A stretch of 64,000 nt of DNA from Candidatus Magasanikiibacteriota bacterium (GTDB lineage: Bacteria; Patescibacteriota; Patescibacteriia; Magasanikbacterales; UBA922). A model generated the notes under the pieces. It did not search any database and was not told the origin of the DNA. It saw only the letters and a program-made list of their open reading frames with translations. The stretch is taken from contig JBDGRL010000012.1 of assembly GCA_042218065.1 (NCBI GenBank), forward strand, positions 4,244 through 68,243, given 5' to 3'. Below are positions 52,863-62,748 of this stretch, piece after piece. Position numbers and translations under genes: made by a program. How positions within the stretch are numbered: position 1 is the stretch's first letter; each line of letters opens with the position of its first letter.

Positions 52863-53984
52863 ATGAAGAAAGAGGCAGAAAATTTAGACGAATATCCAAA
52901 GATAGCGATTGTTTATCTTTCCTTTCATTGTGAGCCCTATATTGATGATGTAGTTTCAGCTCTTAAAAATGTAACTTATCCAAAGGACAAGTTAGAGCTG
53001 GTCATAGTAGATAATCCCCATCCTGATCATGGCTCTTCTGTCCGTTATCTAGAAGAGAATGTCATGCCGATGTCGGGAGAAGAACTGCCTCATATTACAT
53101 TATTACCTCAAGAGGAGAACTTAGGCTTTGCTGGCGGCAACAACAAAGGTGCTGAGTGGGCACTGGAGAATGATTATGATTATGTATTTTTTCATAATGA
53201 TGATGGGTTTGTAGCGACTAATTGTTTTGAACCACTGGTAGAATTAATGGAGCAAAATGAGGGTGTAGGCATGGCTCAGTCATTAATGCTTCTACACCCG
53301 GATACTGATAAAATAAACAATACGGGAAACTCCTTTCATTACTTAGGTTTTGGGTTCGGGAATAATTATAGAATGCCTGTCAAAGATTATGAGAAAGAAG
53401 AACCTCAAGAAATAGGGTATGCAAGTGGAGCAGCTCTTATGGTACCAACTGATCTGATTGAAAAGCATGGAGCCTGGGATGAGGATTACTTTCTGTATCA
53501 TGAAGATATGGAATGGTGTTTTCGGTTGAGATCACTCGGGTATGAAATTAAGATGGTCCCAAACTCTATCTTTTATCATAAATATCAGTTTAGCCGCAGT
53601 ATTACCAAATTCTATTATATGGAAAGAAATAGATATGGAACCTGGCTCAGATTCTTTAGCTGGCCAACTCTTCTTATGTTATTACCCATGGAATTAGTGC
53701 TAGAAATTGGTTTGTTAATCTATTCTATTAAAAATAGCTGGTTTGATAAGAGGTTAAAATTGTATAAGTATTGGCTTAAACCAAAGAATTGGAAAATGTG
53801 GCTTGAAAAAAGAAGAGAAACTAGAAAAAACAAGAAAGTCAGTGATAGAGAATTGCTTGCCAAAGCTAATCCGATAATAGAATTTCAAGAAAAATCGATG
53901 CAAGATCCTTTATTGAAGAAAGTTGGTAATCCGATTATGAAGTTGTATTATTACATAGTAGTTCGTGGTTTGATTTGGTGGTAA
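52863..53984 (+). CDS. GT2 family glycosyltransferase
   Basis: 373 aa. Motifs are IVDNPHPDHGS, NLGFAGGNNKG, FHNDDG and YHEDMEWC. It has a C-terminal membrane-associated segment. Confidence 0.9.
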   Translation: MKKEAENLDEYPKIAIVYLSFHCEPYIDDVVSALKNVTYPKDKLELVIVDNPHPDHGSSVRYLEENVMPMSGEELPHITLLPQEENLGFAGGNNKGAEWALENDYDYVFFHNDDGFVATNCFEPLVELMEQNEGVGMAQSLMLLHPDTDKINNTGNSFHYLGFGFGNNYRMPVKDYEKEEPQEIGYASGAALMVPTDLIEKHGAWDEDYFLYHEDMEWCFRLRSLGYEIKMVPNSIFYHKYQFSRSITKFYYMERNRYGTWLRFFSWPTLLMLLPMELVLEIGLLIYSIKNSWFDKRLKLYKYWLKPKNWKMWLEKRRETRKNKKVSDRELLAKANPIIEFQEKSMQDPLLKKVGNPIMKLYYYIVVRGLIWW

Positions 53985-54056
53985 CTTTTGTTAAAATCTT
54001 TTTAGATTCTAATTACGTATTTAAGTTGGAAAGGTTTTAAATTAAATCTCTAATAT

Positions 54057-55154
54057 ATGAGAGTAACAACAGCAATTTTAACCGGAGGAGGTGAAGGAAC
54101 TAGGTTGCATCCTATTACCCAAAATCGAAATAAGCATATGGTGCCGGTAGGTAATCAACCTATGATATTTCATGCAATTGAAACTGCAGTAGAGGCGGGC
54201 ATAAACACTATATACATTAATCTTAACCCCGGAGAAACTGAGTTGCAAAAACATATCGGAGACGGGGGTCACTGGGGAATTGATATAGAGTATTTTCAAC
54301 AAGAAGGTGGGCCACAAGGTTTGGCTCATGTCGTAAAGCAAGGTGAAGATTTGGTTAAGAATGAGCCTTTCCTTTTCTATTTATCTGATAATATTTTTTT
54401 GGATGGGATAGAGGAACTGGTAGAGGAGTTCGAGTCGGGAAAATATGATTGTATGCTGGCCCTGTCTGAAGTAGAAGAGCCGGAAAGATATGGTGTCCCC
54501 AAATTTCATCCAGAAAAAGAGGATCAGCTTGCTGATGTTCTGGAAAAACCAGATGAGCCGCCTAATAATTTTGCTGTAACGGGTGCATATGTATATGGTC
54601 CGGAAATATTTTTTGATGCATTTGAAGAGATAGAAAAAAGTGAAAGAGGTGAGTATGAAATATCTGATATCCATTCTCGCTTCATTGATAAGGGTAAAAA
54701 AGTAGGATATAAAGAGGTTACAGGATGGTGGACTGATACAGGAAAACCACCGGCATTACTCGAAGCAAACAAAATGGTATTAGACGATATGGAGGAGGAA
54801 AAATTTCCTAAAAACGGATTAATTGATGAGGGGGCTACAATAAAAGGAAATGTTCACATCGGTGTAGGAACGAAAGTAGGCCCAAATGTTCGTATTGATG
54901 GTCCAGTAATTATTGGAGAAAATTGTCAGCTGAAGGACTGCCGAATCGGTCCTTACGTAACTGTTGGGACGGGAGTAGAAATAGAAGAAGCGTCCGTTAC
55001 AAATAGTGTGGTTTTGAGTAACTCAGAACTGAAAATTGACATGGATATTACCAGCAGTTTAGTTGGAGAGAAGGTGAGTGTTAAACACAAAAAACAGGAG
55101 CGGGAAAAAGCTAGAAAAATGCTCTTGGGTGACAAAACAGAGATTGAGATATAA
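54057..55154 (+). CDS. Sugar-1-phosphate nucleotidyltransferase, long form with a left-handed beta-helix C-terminus (RmlA-like)
   Basis: 365 aa. It has the N-terminal LTGGGEGTRLHPIT (GxGxRL) motif and C-terminal hexapeptide-like repeats (IGVGTKVGPNVRIDGPVIIGENC). Confidence 0.85.
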   Translation: MRVTTAILTGGGEGTRLHPITQNRNKHMVPVGNQPMIFHAIETAVEAGINTIYINLNPGETELQKHIGDGGHWGIDIEYFQQEGGPQGLAHVVKQGEDLVKNEPFLFYLSDNIFLDGIEELVEEFESGKYDCMLALSEVEEPERYGVPKFHPEKEDQLADVLEKPDEPPNNFAVTGAYVYGPEIFFDAFEEIEKSERGEYEISDIHSRFIDKGKKVGYKEVTGWWTDTGKPPALLEANKMVLDDMEEEKFPKNGLIDEGATIKGNVHIGVGTKVGPNVRIDGPVIIGENCQLKDCRIGPYVTVGTGVEIEEASVTNSVVLSNSELKIDMDITSSLVGEKVSVKHKKQEREKARKMLLGDKTEIEI

Positions 55155-55182
55155 TAAAAATTTAAAACCTGAAGCTAATACT

Positions 55183-56514
55183 CTAGTATTCTAATTTAAA
55201 TAGACCTGCTTGATTTCCTATTTCTCCCCAAATATAAATAGTTTCTCTTTCTTTATTTACTGAGGTTTTTTTGATCTTTCCGTTTGTAAATATTTTTTGT
55301 TTAACATAGTAGTGGAGGTTGAAAGACTTAAGTCCATCTTTGGTATGGATTAGTGCTAAATTTTGATCACTCATTTGTTTTATATCTTTTATATACTGCC
55401 CGGTTCTATTAATCAGGTTAGTATTTCCGTCCAAACCTATTATCCAGAACTGCCAAGGAGACCAAGCTATCCATCTAGAAGGCGAGTCAAATTCCGTAAC
55501 ATGATCTGCTGAAATTTCTGACACTTCAGTTATTTTATTTTGCAACTTCTTGAAGGTAGCTAATCCTGTATTGGTTTTGGCAATTATTAAGTTATCTTTA
55601 ATGACCTCAAAAGATTTTATATTTTCTTGCATTTGGTGCTTTACTGCCTTTGTAGAATTTAACTCTTTTTCTTCTATATCATAATAAAATACCTCATTTT
55701 GATGCACTTCCCAGGCTTGAGTTGACGTTGGTATATTTTCTAACATCTTTTCATCTCCTGGGCTAATTTCATAAATTTTATCTTTCTGTTTAAGAAAGAT
55801 ATGAGGCGAGAACGAATTTCTATTCCATTTAATATCTTCTTTTTTTACAACAGAGTCAAAATCCTTATTTATTAAAATCTCACTTGATTCTAGATTAAGG
55901 GTTTTTACATTAGTTTTATCTTTTTTGCTTATTATAGCAACGTGGTTGTAGTTATGTCTCCACTTAATCTTTGGTAATTTATTACTTTTTATTCGGTCGA
56001 TAACCTCAGTATCTTTTTGGTTTAGATTAATAAGATTTATTTCATATATGTCACTTTTTTTGTTAAGTGCAATGGCGTATTCTCCCTCAGGAGAAAAGCT
56101 AATCTTTTTTGTAGAGCTTGGATTAAACTCTCTTAATATCCTTACAGGAAGATTTTTTTCTAAGAGGCTTATGTTTTTAATATAAGTCGTTTTATTGCTT
56201 TCTACTTTTATATCTTTTTCCCAGTCCTTATAGCCCTGGTTTGTTATTTTTATATGATAAGTTCCCGGTGCTCGGTTCGACAACCGTAAGGGCATACTTT
56301 CATTAATTTTTACTCCGTTAAGGAAAACCTGAGCATTTTGAGGTTCAACATTGACATTAATTACACCTGTTTTTTTGATTTTCTGTTTTTCCCAGTCATA
56401 TCTATAGCCTGCAGTATATAATATTATTAAGGGAGACAATACAAAAAAAGCAACTACAAATGATATAAAAATTGCGACTCTATACTTGTGGGTTAATTTA
56501 ATCTTGGGATACAT
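55183..56514 (-). CDS. PEGA-domain membrane-anchored protein
   Basis: I prefer the ATG at 56514 (MYPKIKLTHKY...). It has one TM segment followed by a PEGA-like segment, VNVEPQNAQVFLNGV...APGTYHIKITNQGYKDWEKDIKV. The track ORF extends to 56574. Confidence 0.7.
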   Translation of the reverse strand: MYPKIKLTHKYRVAIFISFVVAFFVLSPLIILYTAGYRYDWEKQKIKKTGVINVNVEPQNAQVFLNGVKINESMPLRLSNRAPGTYHIKITNQGYKDWEKDIKVESNKTTYIKNISLLEKNLPVRILREFNPSSTKKISFSPEGEYAIALNKKSDIYEINLINLNQKDTEVIDRIKSNKLPKIKWRHNYNHVAIISKKDKTNVKTLNLESSEILINKDFDSVVKKEDIKWNRNSFSPHIFLKQKDKIYEISPGDEKMLENIPTSTQAWEVHQNEVFYYDIEEKELNSTKAVKHQMQENIKSFEVIKDNLIIAKTNTGLATFKKLQNKITEVSEISADHVTEFDSPSRWIAWSPWQFWIIGLDGNTNLINRTGQYIKDIKQMSDQNLALIHTKDGLKSFNLHYYVKQKIFTNGKIKKTSVNKERETIYIWGEIGNQAGLFKLEY

Positions 56515-56724
56515 ATATTTATGTCTAAATGCTGTTCTTTGTTGTAAATATTTGGCGAACCAAAAACTAAGCACTCATCTTGGTCTTGTTTACAGCTTTC
56601 AAGTCTGTGATTTGGCCTCAAAGCGAAGTGGGAATAAGCTAACAAAGATAGGCGATTCCCCAGCTTGTAATAGTTATTTTTTTCTGTATAATAATACCGT
56701 ATATCATTACTTATTTCAACTGTT

Positions 56725-58032
56725 ATGGCTTATTACGAAATAGAAGGCCCAAACACGGTAGATGGAGATATATCCGTAAGTGCAGGTAAAAACTCTACTA
56801 TAGCTTTGATGTGTGCATCTGTATTAGTTGAAGGAGAGGTGATTTTAAATAACATGTCTCATGTAGAAGATGTAGATAGGATTATTGAGATTTTAAAGAG
56901 CATAGGGGCTGAAGTAGAGTGGTTGAGTGAGACTAAGCTGAGAATTGACACAAGTATGGAGTTGGATATCAGTTCAATAAACAAAGAGGCATGCAAAAAA
57001 ACTCGTGTTTCCTTGTTATTTATAGGCGCCTTAGCTAAAAGAAAAAATAACTTTAAAATTTATCGTTCTGGTGGTTGTAAACTGGGTGAGAGAACTACTC
57101 GACCTCACCGTTGGGCTATGGAGAAGCTCGGAGTAGAAATTGATAATAAAATGGATTGCTATGACATTGAGAGTAGTCAACTAAAAGGCGAGAAAATAGT
57201 AATGTATGAATCAAGTGATACAGCTACAGAAAATACGATAATGGCAGCTGTTCTAGCAGATGGAGTTACAGAGATCCGGATGGCCTCTGCTAATTATATG
57301 GTTCAGGATTTGTGTTACTTTTTGAATAAAGCAGGTGCAGATATATCAGGCATTGGCACTACAAGTTTAAATATAAATGGTGTTAGTTCACTGAAAGATA
57401 GAGTAGAATATACAATAATGCCAGACCCAATTGAAGCTATGACCTGGATCTCTTTAGCGGTGACGACTGATTCAAATCTAACAATAAAAAATTGCCCCTT
57501 ACAGTTTTTAGAGTTAGAGCTAGAGAAGCTGTCGGTGATGGGCTTGAATTTTAATATTGAAAATAAAAGAAAATCAGAAAGCGATAACTTTAAAATAGCG
57601 GACATAGTTATAAAACCATCAGAGCTAGAGGCGTTGCCGGACAAGCTTTCGGGTAGACCTTTTCCGGGGCTGAATATCGATGCAGTTCCTTTGTTTACAC
57701 CAATACTTACTCAAGCAAAAGGAAAAACATTAGTTCATGATTGGTGTTATGAAAACAGGGCAGTTTATTATCTTGAGTTACAGAAGTTGGGGGCTGATGT
57801 ATTATTGATGGATCCACACCGAGCTATGATTGAAGGACAGACTGAACTTTTAGGAAATGAAGTCATAGCTCCTCCTGCTATTAGACCTGCCATGGCTATT
57901 TTAAATGCTATGATTGCAGCAGAGGGCAGTTCTGTCTTGAGAAATATTTATCCTATTGAACGTGGTTATCAAGATTTAATTCCGAGACTTAAAGACTTGG
58001 GTATTAATATTAAGAAAATACAAGATGAGTAA
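56725..58032 (+). CDS. murA: UDP-N-acetylglucosamine 1-carboxyvinyltransferase
   Basis: 435 aa with an EPSP-synthase/MurA fold pattern. It has VSAGKNSTIALM and the active-site loop RSGGCKLGERTTRPH. Confidence 0.9.
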   Translation: MAYYEIEGPNTVDGDISVSAGKNSTIALMCASVLVEGEVILNNMSHVEDVDRIIEILKSIGAEVEWLSETKLRIDTSMELDISSINKEACKKTRVSLLFIGALAKRKNNFKIYRSGGCKLGERTTRPHRWAMEKLGVEIDNKMDCYDIESSQLKGEKIVMYESSDTATENTIMAAVLADGVTEIRMASANYMVQDLCYFLNKAGADISGIGTTSLNINGVSSLKDRVEYTIMPDPIEAMTWISLAVTTDSNLTIKNCPLQFLELELEKLSVMGLNFNIENKRKSESDNFKIADIVIKPSELEALPDKLSGRPFPGLNIDAVPLFTPILTQAKGKTLVHDWCYENRAVYYLELQKLGADVLLMDPHRAMIEGQTELLGNEVIAPPAIRPAMAILNAMIAAEGSSVLRNIYPIERGYQDLIPRLKDLGINIKKIQDE

Positions 58033-59263
58033 AAATTATATTAAAACGACCATAATTGCTATATTGGCGCTTGGTATTGGTTTTTTTGGTGGTATGTTTT
58101 ATGGAACTAAGGCGGCGGTTACAGGTGAAAATGGTCAGGTTGAGATTAGTAAAGTGATAAATCTTTATTCTAATTCAAGATCATCTTCGGTAAATTTTGA
58201 TCAGTATTGGAAGGTTTGGGATTATGTTAAAGAAAAATATGCTGGGGATGTAAATGAGGTTGATTTGTTTTACGGCTCTTTAAAAGGAATGGTGAAAGCA
58301 TTGGATGATCCTTACTCTAAGTACATGCCGCCAAAAGAATCAAAGGAGTTCTCCAAAAGTTTATCTGGAGAGTTTGAGGGTATAGGTGCAGAGATTGGAA
58401 TAAGAGATGAGCAACTTACTATCATAGCACCTCTAGAAGGGTCACCAGCTGAAAAAGCAGGAATTAAATCAGGTGATAAAGTTTTAGCTATAAATGGTGA
58501 GGACACTAAGGGAGTTACTTTGGAAAAGGCAGTACAGAAAATTAGAGGTGAAGGTGGTACAGAAGTAACGCTTACAGTTTTGCATGAAGGTAGTAGTGAA
58601 CCAACAGACATAACTATAACTAGGGGTAAAATTAATATACCTACCGTCAAGTGGGAGATGAAGGACCAAGGTATTGCATATCTTCAAATTAGATACTTCA
58701 ATCAGAATACCTGGTCTCAATTTGATGAAGCTGTAAAAAATATCAAAGAAAAATCAGCCAAAGGGATAATATTAGATCTACGAAGCAATCCAGGTGGTTT
58801 TCTAAAGACCTCCATTGATGTGGCAAGTGAGTGGGTTAGAGAAGGGGTTATTGTAGCTCAAGGTAATGGTGATATAGATAAAAGATTTAAGACCAATGGA
58901 GCTCATCGACTGGCAGGAATCCCGACTGTAGTTCTGGTGGATCAAGGTACAGCTTCAGGTGCTGAGATTGTAGCAGGAGCTTTACGTGATCATAATGCTG
59001 CTACAGTTATAGGCAAACAAACATTTGGTAAAGGTTCTGTGCAGGATCTAAAAGTGTTTCCTGATGGCTCCTCCTTAAAGCTTACAATCGCAAAATGGTA
59101 TACACCTAGCGGTGATTTAATTGCAGAGAAAGGCATAAAGCCAGATATTGTATTAGAAAAGATGTATAAAGAAACTAAGGACAAAGAAGGCAAAACTGAG
59201 GATGTAGAAGACCTTGGTATGAAAAAGGCGAAGGAAGTTCTGAAAAATAAGATTAGTAATTAA
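58025..59263 (+). CDS. S41-family C-terminal processing peptidase
   Basis: 412 aa with an N-terminal TM segment, a PDZ domain (GIKSGDKVLAINGEDTKG), and the motifs RSNPGG, GTASGAEIVAGAL and GKQTFGKGSVQ. Confidence 0.92.
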   Translation: MSKNYIKTTIIAILALGIGFFGGMFYGTKAAVTGENGQVEISKVINLYSNSRSSSVNFDQYWKVWDYVKEKYAGDVNEVDLFYGSLKGMVKALDDPYSKYMPPKESKEFSKSLSGEFEGIGAEIGIRDEQLTIIAPLEGSPAEKAGIKSGDKVLAINGEDTKGVTLEKAVQKIRGEGGTEVTLTVLHEGSSEPTDITITRGKINIPTVKWEMKDQGIAYLQIRYFNQNTWSQFDEAVKNIKEKSAKGIILDLRSNPGGFLKTSIDVASEWVREGVIVAQGNGDIDKRFKTNGAHRLAGIPTVVLVDQGTASGAEIVAGALRDHNAATVIGKQTFGKGSVQDLKVFPDGSSLKLTIAKWYTPSGDLIAEKGIKPDIVLEKMYKETKDKEGKTEDVEDLGMKKAKEVLKNKISN

Positions 59264-59273
59264 GCTATGTTAC

Positions 59274-60209
59274 ATGGAGGTCTATAAAAAAATTTTTAAA
59301 CAATCTTTATTTAACTTATATAGCGATGGTGCAATCAGCTATAGCGCTGCTATATCTTTTTATGTAATTCTGGCTTTGCCCGCATTTTTATTAATAGTAG
59401 TGTCTTTAGGTGGTTTGATTTTAGATAAGCCTACTGTTCAACAGCAGATTCTATTTGCTATCTCTGATTTTTCTGGATTGAAAGATGTCACTATAATAGA
59501 AAATTTACTTAACAATGCTTTTAATTTTAATGCCAGAATTACTACTGTATACAGCATAATTTTACTTATTATTACCTCTGGTGCTATTTTTACCCAACTT
59601 CAACAGTCTTTAAACTCAATTTATGAAATTAAAATTATTCACGATAGTTTAATACAAAATTTTTTACTTCGGAGAACTTTTGCCTTTTTAATGCTTGTAG
59701 GTTTGGGTTTATTATTTATTGTTAATTTAATTATCCAAGGAATATTGTCGATAGGGATAGGATATATTGAGCCTTACATATATTTTTCAGGGAGTGTGTT
59801 TTTGGGAATTAGCACAGGTATAGGGCTGATAGTTTTATTTATTATTTTTTTATTAGTTTTCAAAATTGTGCCAGATCTAAAATTTGCTTGGAAGGATGCG
59901 GCTATGGGAGCATTGGTAACTACTATTTTATTTGCTGTAGGTAATAATATTATAAGCTGGTATGTATCTGGAAATACCTTGACTACTGCTTATGGAGCGG
60001 CGGGATCACTAGTTGTTTTGTTGTTGTGGATATATTATTCATCTTTAATATTATTTTTCGGGGCTGAGTTTACAGAATATTATGCTATTGAGCTAGGAGA
60101 AGGTATAGAACCAAAAGAAAATGCCAGGTTTAGGCTGGAGAAGAGTAATGTTCATGGGTTCTTTGGTGGAATTTATAAGATGATTAAAAAATGGTATAAA
60201 AATAAATAA
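59274..60209 (+). CDS. YihY/BrkB family membrane protein
   Basis: 311 aa with six TM segments, the motif GAISYSAAISFYVILALPAFLL and the C-terminal YYSSLILFFGAEFT. Confidence 0.85.
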   Translation: MEVYKKIFKQSLFNLYSDGAISYSAAISFYVILALPAFLLIVVSLGGLILDKPTVQQQILFAISDFSGLKDVTIIENLLNNAFNFNARITTVYSIILLIITSGAIFTQLQQSLNSIYEIKIIHDSLIQNFLLRRTFAFLMLVGLGLLFIVNLIIQGILSIGIGYIEPYIYFSGSVFLGISTGIGLIVLFIIFLLVFKIVPDLKFAWKDAAMGALVTTILFAVGNNIISWYVSGNTLTTAYGAAGSLVVLLLWIYYSSLILFFGAEFTEYYAIELGEGIEPKENARFRLEKSNVHGFFGGIYKMIKKWYKNK

Positions 60210-60213
60210 TTTT

Positions 60214-61401
60214 ATGAAAAGAAGTTTATACACAAATACAAAAATATTTTTTGCATTTATTATGGTTCTTGCTTTGTTTGTACCACAGATCTCAAAAGCA
60301 GCTAATTTTAAACAAAGCAAGGTAATACAAATCAAACAAGATCAGGTTGAGACTGAAAACTGGTATTCACTGTCAAATTCTTTTAATCATTTTGGAACAA
60401 TAGAGTCAGATTTATTTGCAGCAGCTGAAGATATTGAGACATCCGGAACAACTACTGAGGATCAATTTTTAGCTGGGGTGAATCTAGAGCTAGAAGGGGT
60501 TATCGGAGATGATTTACGCTTGATTGGAAATGAGGTCAGTATTAACTCTGAAGTGTCTGGTGAAACGATTTTACTGGCACCAATAGTAGAAATAAATTCT
60601 CAATCAAGATTAGATGGTGAAACTGTTATAATAGCTGATAATGTTTTTTTAAGAGGGGAAGTAGGAGATAACTTGAGAGTAATTGCAAACAATCTTGTTG
60701 TAGACGGCAGGGTTGACGGAGATGTTGAGGCAAGAACCTTAAATGTAGAAGTAACAAAGAATGCAGTTGTAAATGGCGATCTTCATTATTCATCAAATGA
60801 AGAGATAGAAATACCGGATAAGGCTCAGATAGAAGGTGAAATTAAGTTTGAAAGTGCAGAAAATTGGCCATTTTTTTCTAAACAAGAAGATAAATCGACT
60901 TTAGGTTTGCTGCAGGAAAAATTTGATAGATTTTGGTGGCTTGGGCTTCTTTCGGAGCTAATTGCTGGTTTGTTTTTGTTTTGGCTGTTTAAAGAAAAGA
61001 TAAAGAATATGTGTTCATCTGCTTATTCTAATTTTGGTAGAAATATTTTAATCGGAGTAACTACATTTATAGCTGTGCCAATAATTACTATTGCTTTACT
61101 TGCCACTATGTTTGGTTTTTGGTTTGGTCTATCGGGTGGCTTATTGTTTGGTTTTTTGGTAGTGTTATCCCAGACAGGAGCTGGTATGTTAGTTGGTAGT
61201 TTATTGGAAAAACTTATTACAAAAGAAGAAAAGTTTACTTTGACTTGGAATAGCTTAGCTGCTGGCTTTATTGTTATTTCAGTCTTAGGTGTAGTACCAT
61301 TTTTGGGTGGTTTCTTTAAAACTTTATTCTCAGCAGCTGCTTTAGGTACGCTTGTTAGTTATCTCTATAGTTATTTGAGAAATGTGAGAAAAGAAGAGTA
61401 A
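60214..61401 (+). CDS. Hypothetical protein: signal peptide, beta-helix-like repeat region, C-terminal multi-TM domain
   Basis: 395 aa. G(D/E)xL/V repeats (GDDLRLIGNEV, GETILLAPIV, GDNLRVIANNL, GDVEARTLNV) resemble bactofilin/polymer-forming repeats. About 4 TM segments follow. Confidence 0.6.
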   Translation: MKRSLYTNTKIFFAFIMVLALFVPQISKAANFKQSKVIQIKQDQVETENWYSLSNSFNHFGTIESDLFAAAEDIETSGTTTEDQFLAGVNLELEGVIGDDLRLIGNEVSINSEVSGETILLAPIVEINSQSRLDGETVIIADNVFLRGEVGDNLRVIANNLVVDGRVDGDVEARTLNVEVTKNAVVNGDLHYSSNEEIEIPDKAQIEGEIKFESAENWPFFSKQEDKSTLGLLQEKFDRFWWLGLLSELIAGLFLFWLFKEKIKNMCSSAYSNFGRNILIGVTTFIAVPIITIALLATMFGFWFGLSGGLLFGFLVVLSQTGAGMLVGSLLEKLITKEEKFTLTWNSLAAGFIVISVLGVVPFLGGFFKTLFSAAALGTLVSYLYSYLRNVRKEE

Positions 61402-61408
61402 GATAAGC

Positions 61409-62086
61409 TTAGAAATACTCAAACAGACTTTTTAGTTTTCTCTTGGATGTTTCATACATATATAGAGTGATACTTACTTTAATAATATCTGCAATCATTT
61501 GCACTCGGCTAAAAAATCCTGATATAACTCCGTATTTTTTCTCCTTAGGAATATGATCTAATTTTTTAAGCACTGTAACCCCCATCTTTCTTCCGGTAAC
61601 TTTTGTAAAATAATTTAGTGCAATTTCGATCTGAAAGTCTTTTTTGTAAACTGGAGGAATATCATTCCAAAGTGATTTCTTCAATGTTCTTTGGCCACCT
61701 AGTACTGGTAGAAAAACAAGCAGCCTGCTTAACCTGTTTTTATCTCTCCCGCAAATACCTACAAACATATCATAGTTATCTTTATAAACAGGGTTAATTA
61801 AATCAGACAAGGATTCCTGATTAATATTTTTAAGGTCAGCGTCAAGAAAACACACAATTTCATTTTTAGCATTAGCTACACCATAATCGAGGGCAGTAGC
61901 TTTTCCTTCATTTTGGGGTAATTTTATGACTCGATTAGCTTCTTTTTCTGCCTCTTTCGATGTATTGTCTTCAGACCCGTCATCTACTACTATAACCTCT
62001 TTTATCAGCTCATGTTTTTTTGCTTCTCTTATAGTCTGTCTAATGTTATTTTCCTCGTTGTAGGCTGGGATTATAACTGAAACCAT
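61409..62086 (-). CDS. GT2 family glycosyltransferase (small, DPM/DPG-synthase-like)
   Basis: 225 aa. Motifs are VSVIIPAYNEENNI, VVDDGSEDNT and FLDADL. Confidence 0.88.
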   Translation of the reverse strand: MVSVIIPAYNEENNIRQTIREAKKHELIKEVIVVDDGSEDNTSKEAEKEANRVIKLPQNEGKATALDYGVANAKNEIVCFLDADLKNINQESLSDLINPVYKDNYDMFVGICGRDKNRLSRLLVFLPVLGGQRTLKKSLWNDIPPVYKKDFQIEIALNYFTKVTGRKMGVTVLKKLDHIPKEKKYGVISGFFSRVQMIADIIKVSITLYMYETSKRKLKSLFEYF

Positions 62087-62640
62087 CTGTCTTTTGCTTT
62101 TTTACCGTATATAATTGAGATAATGACAACTATTATAAAGAAGGCTGCAAATACTCCCTCAAAAACTGCAACCGACAGCTTAAATTGCTCTAAGCCTTGC
62201 CTGAAAATAAAAGATAAACCGTATAATACTCCTACATAGGCAACTATCCCAAGTGAGTTTACTATAGCATATTTAATAGCCGAGATTTTATTGATTCCAC
62301 ATAATAATTGCATTATTGTTCTGGTTCCTACAACAAATTTTGATATAAATAGGAAGTAGAGTCCGTGCTTCTTAATAGTGTCTCCCGCATGATTAATTTC
62401 TTCTGTGTATTTGCTGAAAAATTTTGTATGTTTTAGTTTTTCAAACGGGACAAAACGACCTATTAAATACCAAATAGTATCAGCAATTAAGTTTCCTATG
62501 ACAGCAAGAAGCATTAATTTGGAGAAAGATATGAAACCGAAAAAAGAAAAGTAAATAGCAGGTACTAAGATACCTTCCCCACCTATCATTATTCCTATTG
62601 TGACTATAATCTCAAAAAGATATTTATAAATCAGTGACAT
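62071..62640 (-). CDS. DedA/VTT-domain family membrane protein
   Basis: 189 aa with 4-5 TM segments. The pattern NLIADTIWYLIGRF...GLYFLFISKFVVGTR is typical of DedA. A 16-nt overlap joins it to the downstream GT2 gene. Confidence 0.7.
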   Translation of the reverse strand: MSLIYKYLFEIIVTIGIMIGGEGILVPAIYFSFFGFISFSKLMLLAVIGNLIADTIWYLIGRFVPFEKLKHTKFFSKYTEEINHAGDTIKKHGLYFLFISKFVVGTRTIMQLLCGINKISAIKYAIVNSLGIVAYVGVLYGLSFIFRQGLEQFKLSVAVFEGVFAAFFIIVVIISIIYGKKAKDRWFQL

Positions 62641-62748
62641 ATTTTTTGCAAGTATGATACTAAATTTTGATTAATAATAAAAGCTCTTAACTTTTGTAAA
62701 AAGATGTATTTATAATATACTAAAAGAAGTCAATTTATAATTAGTTCT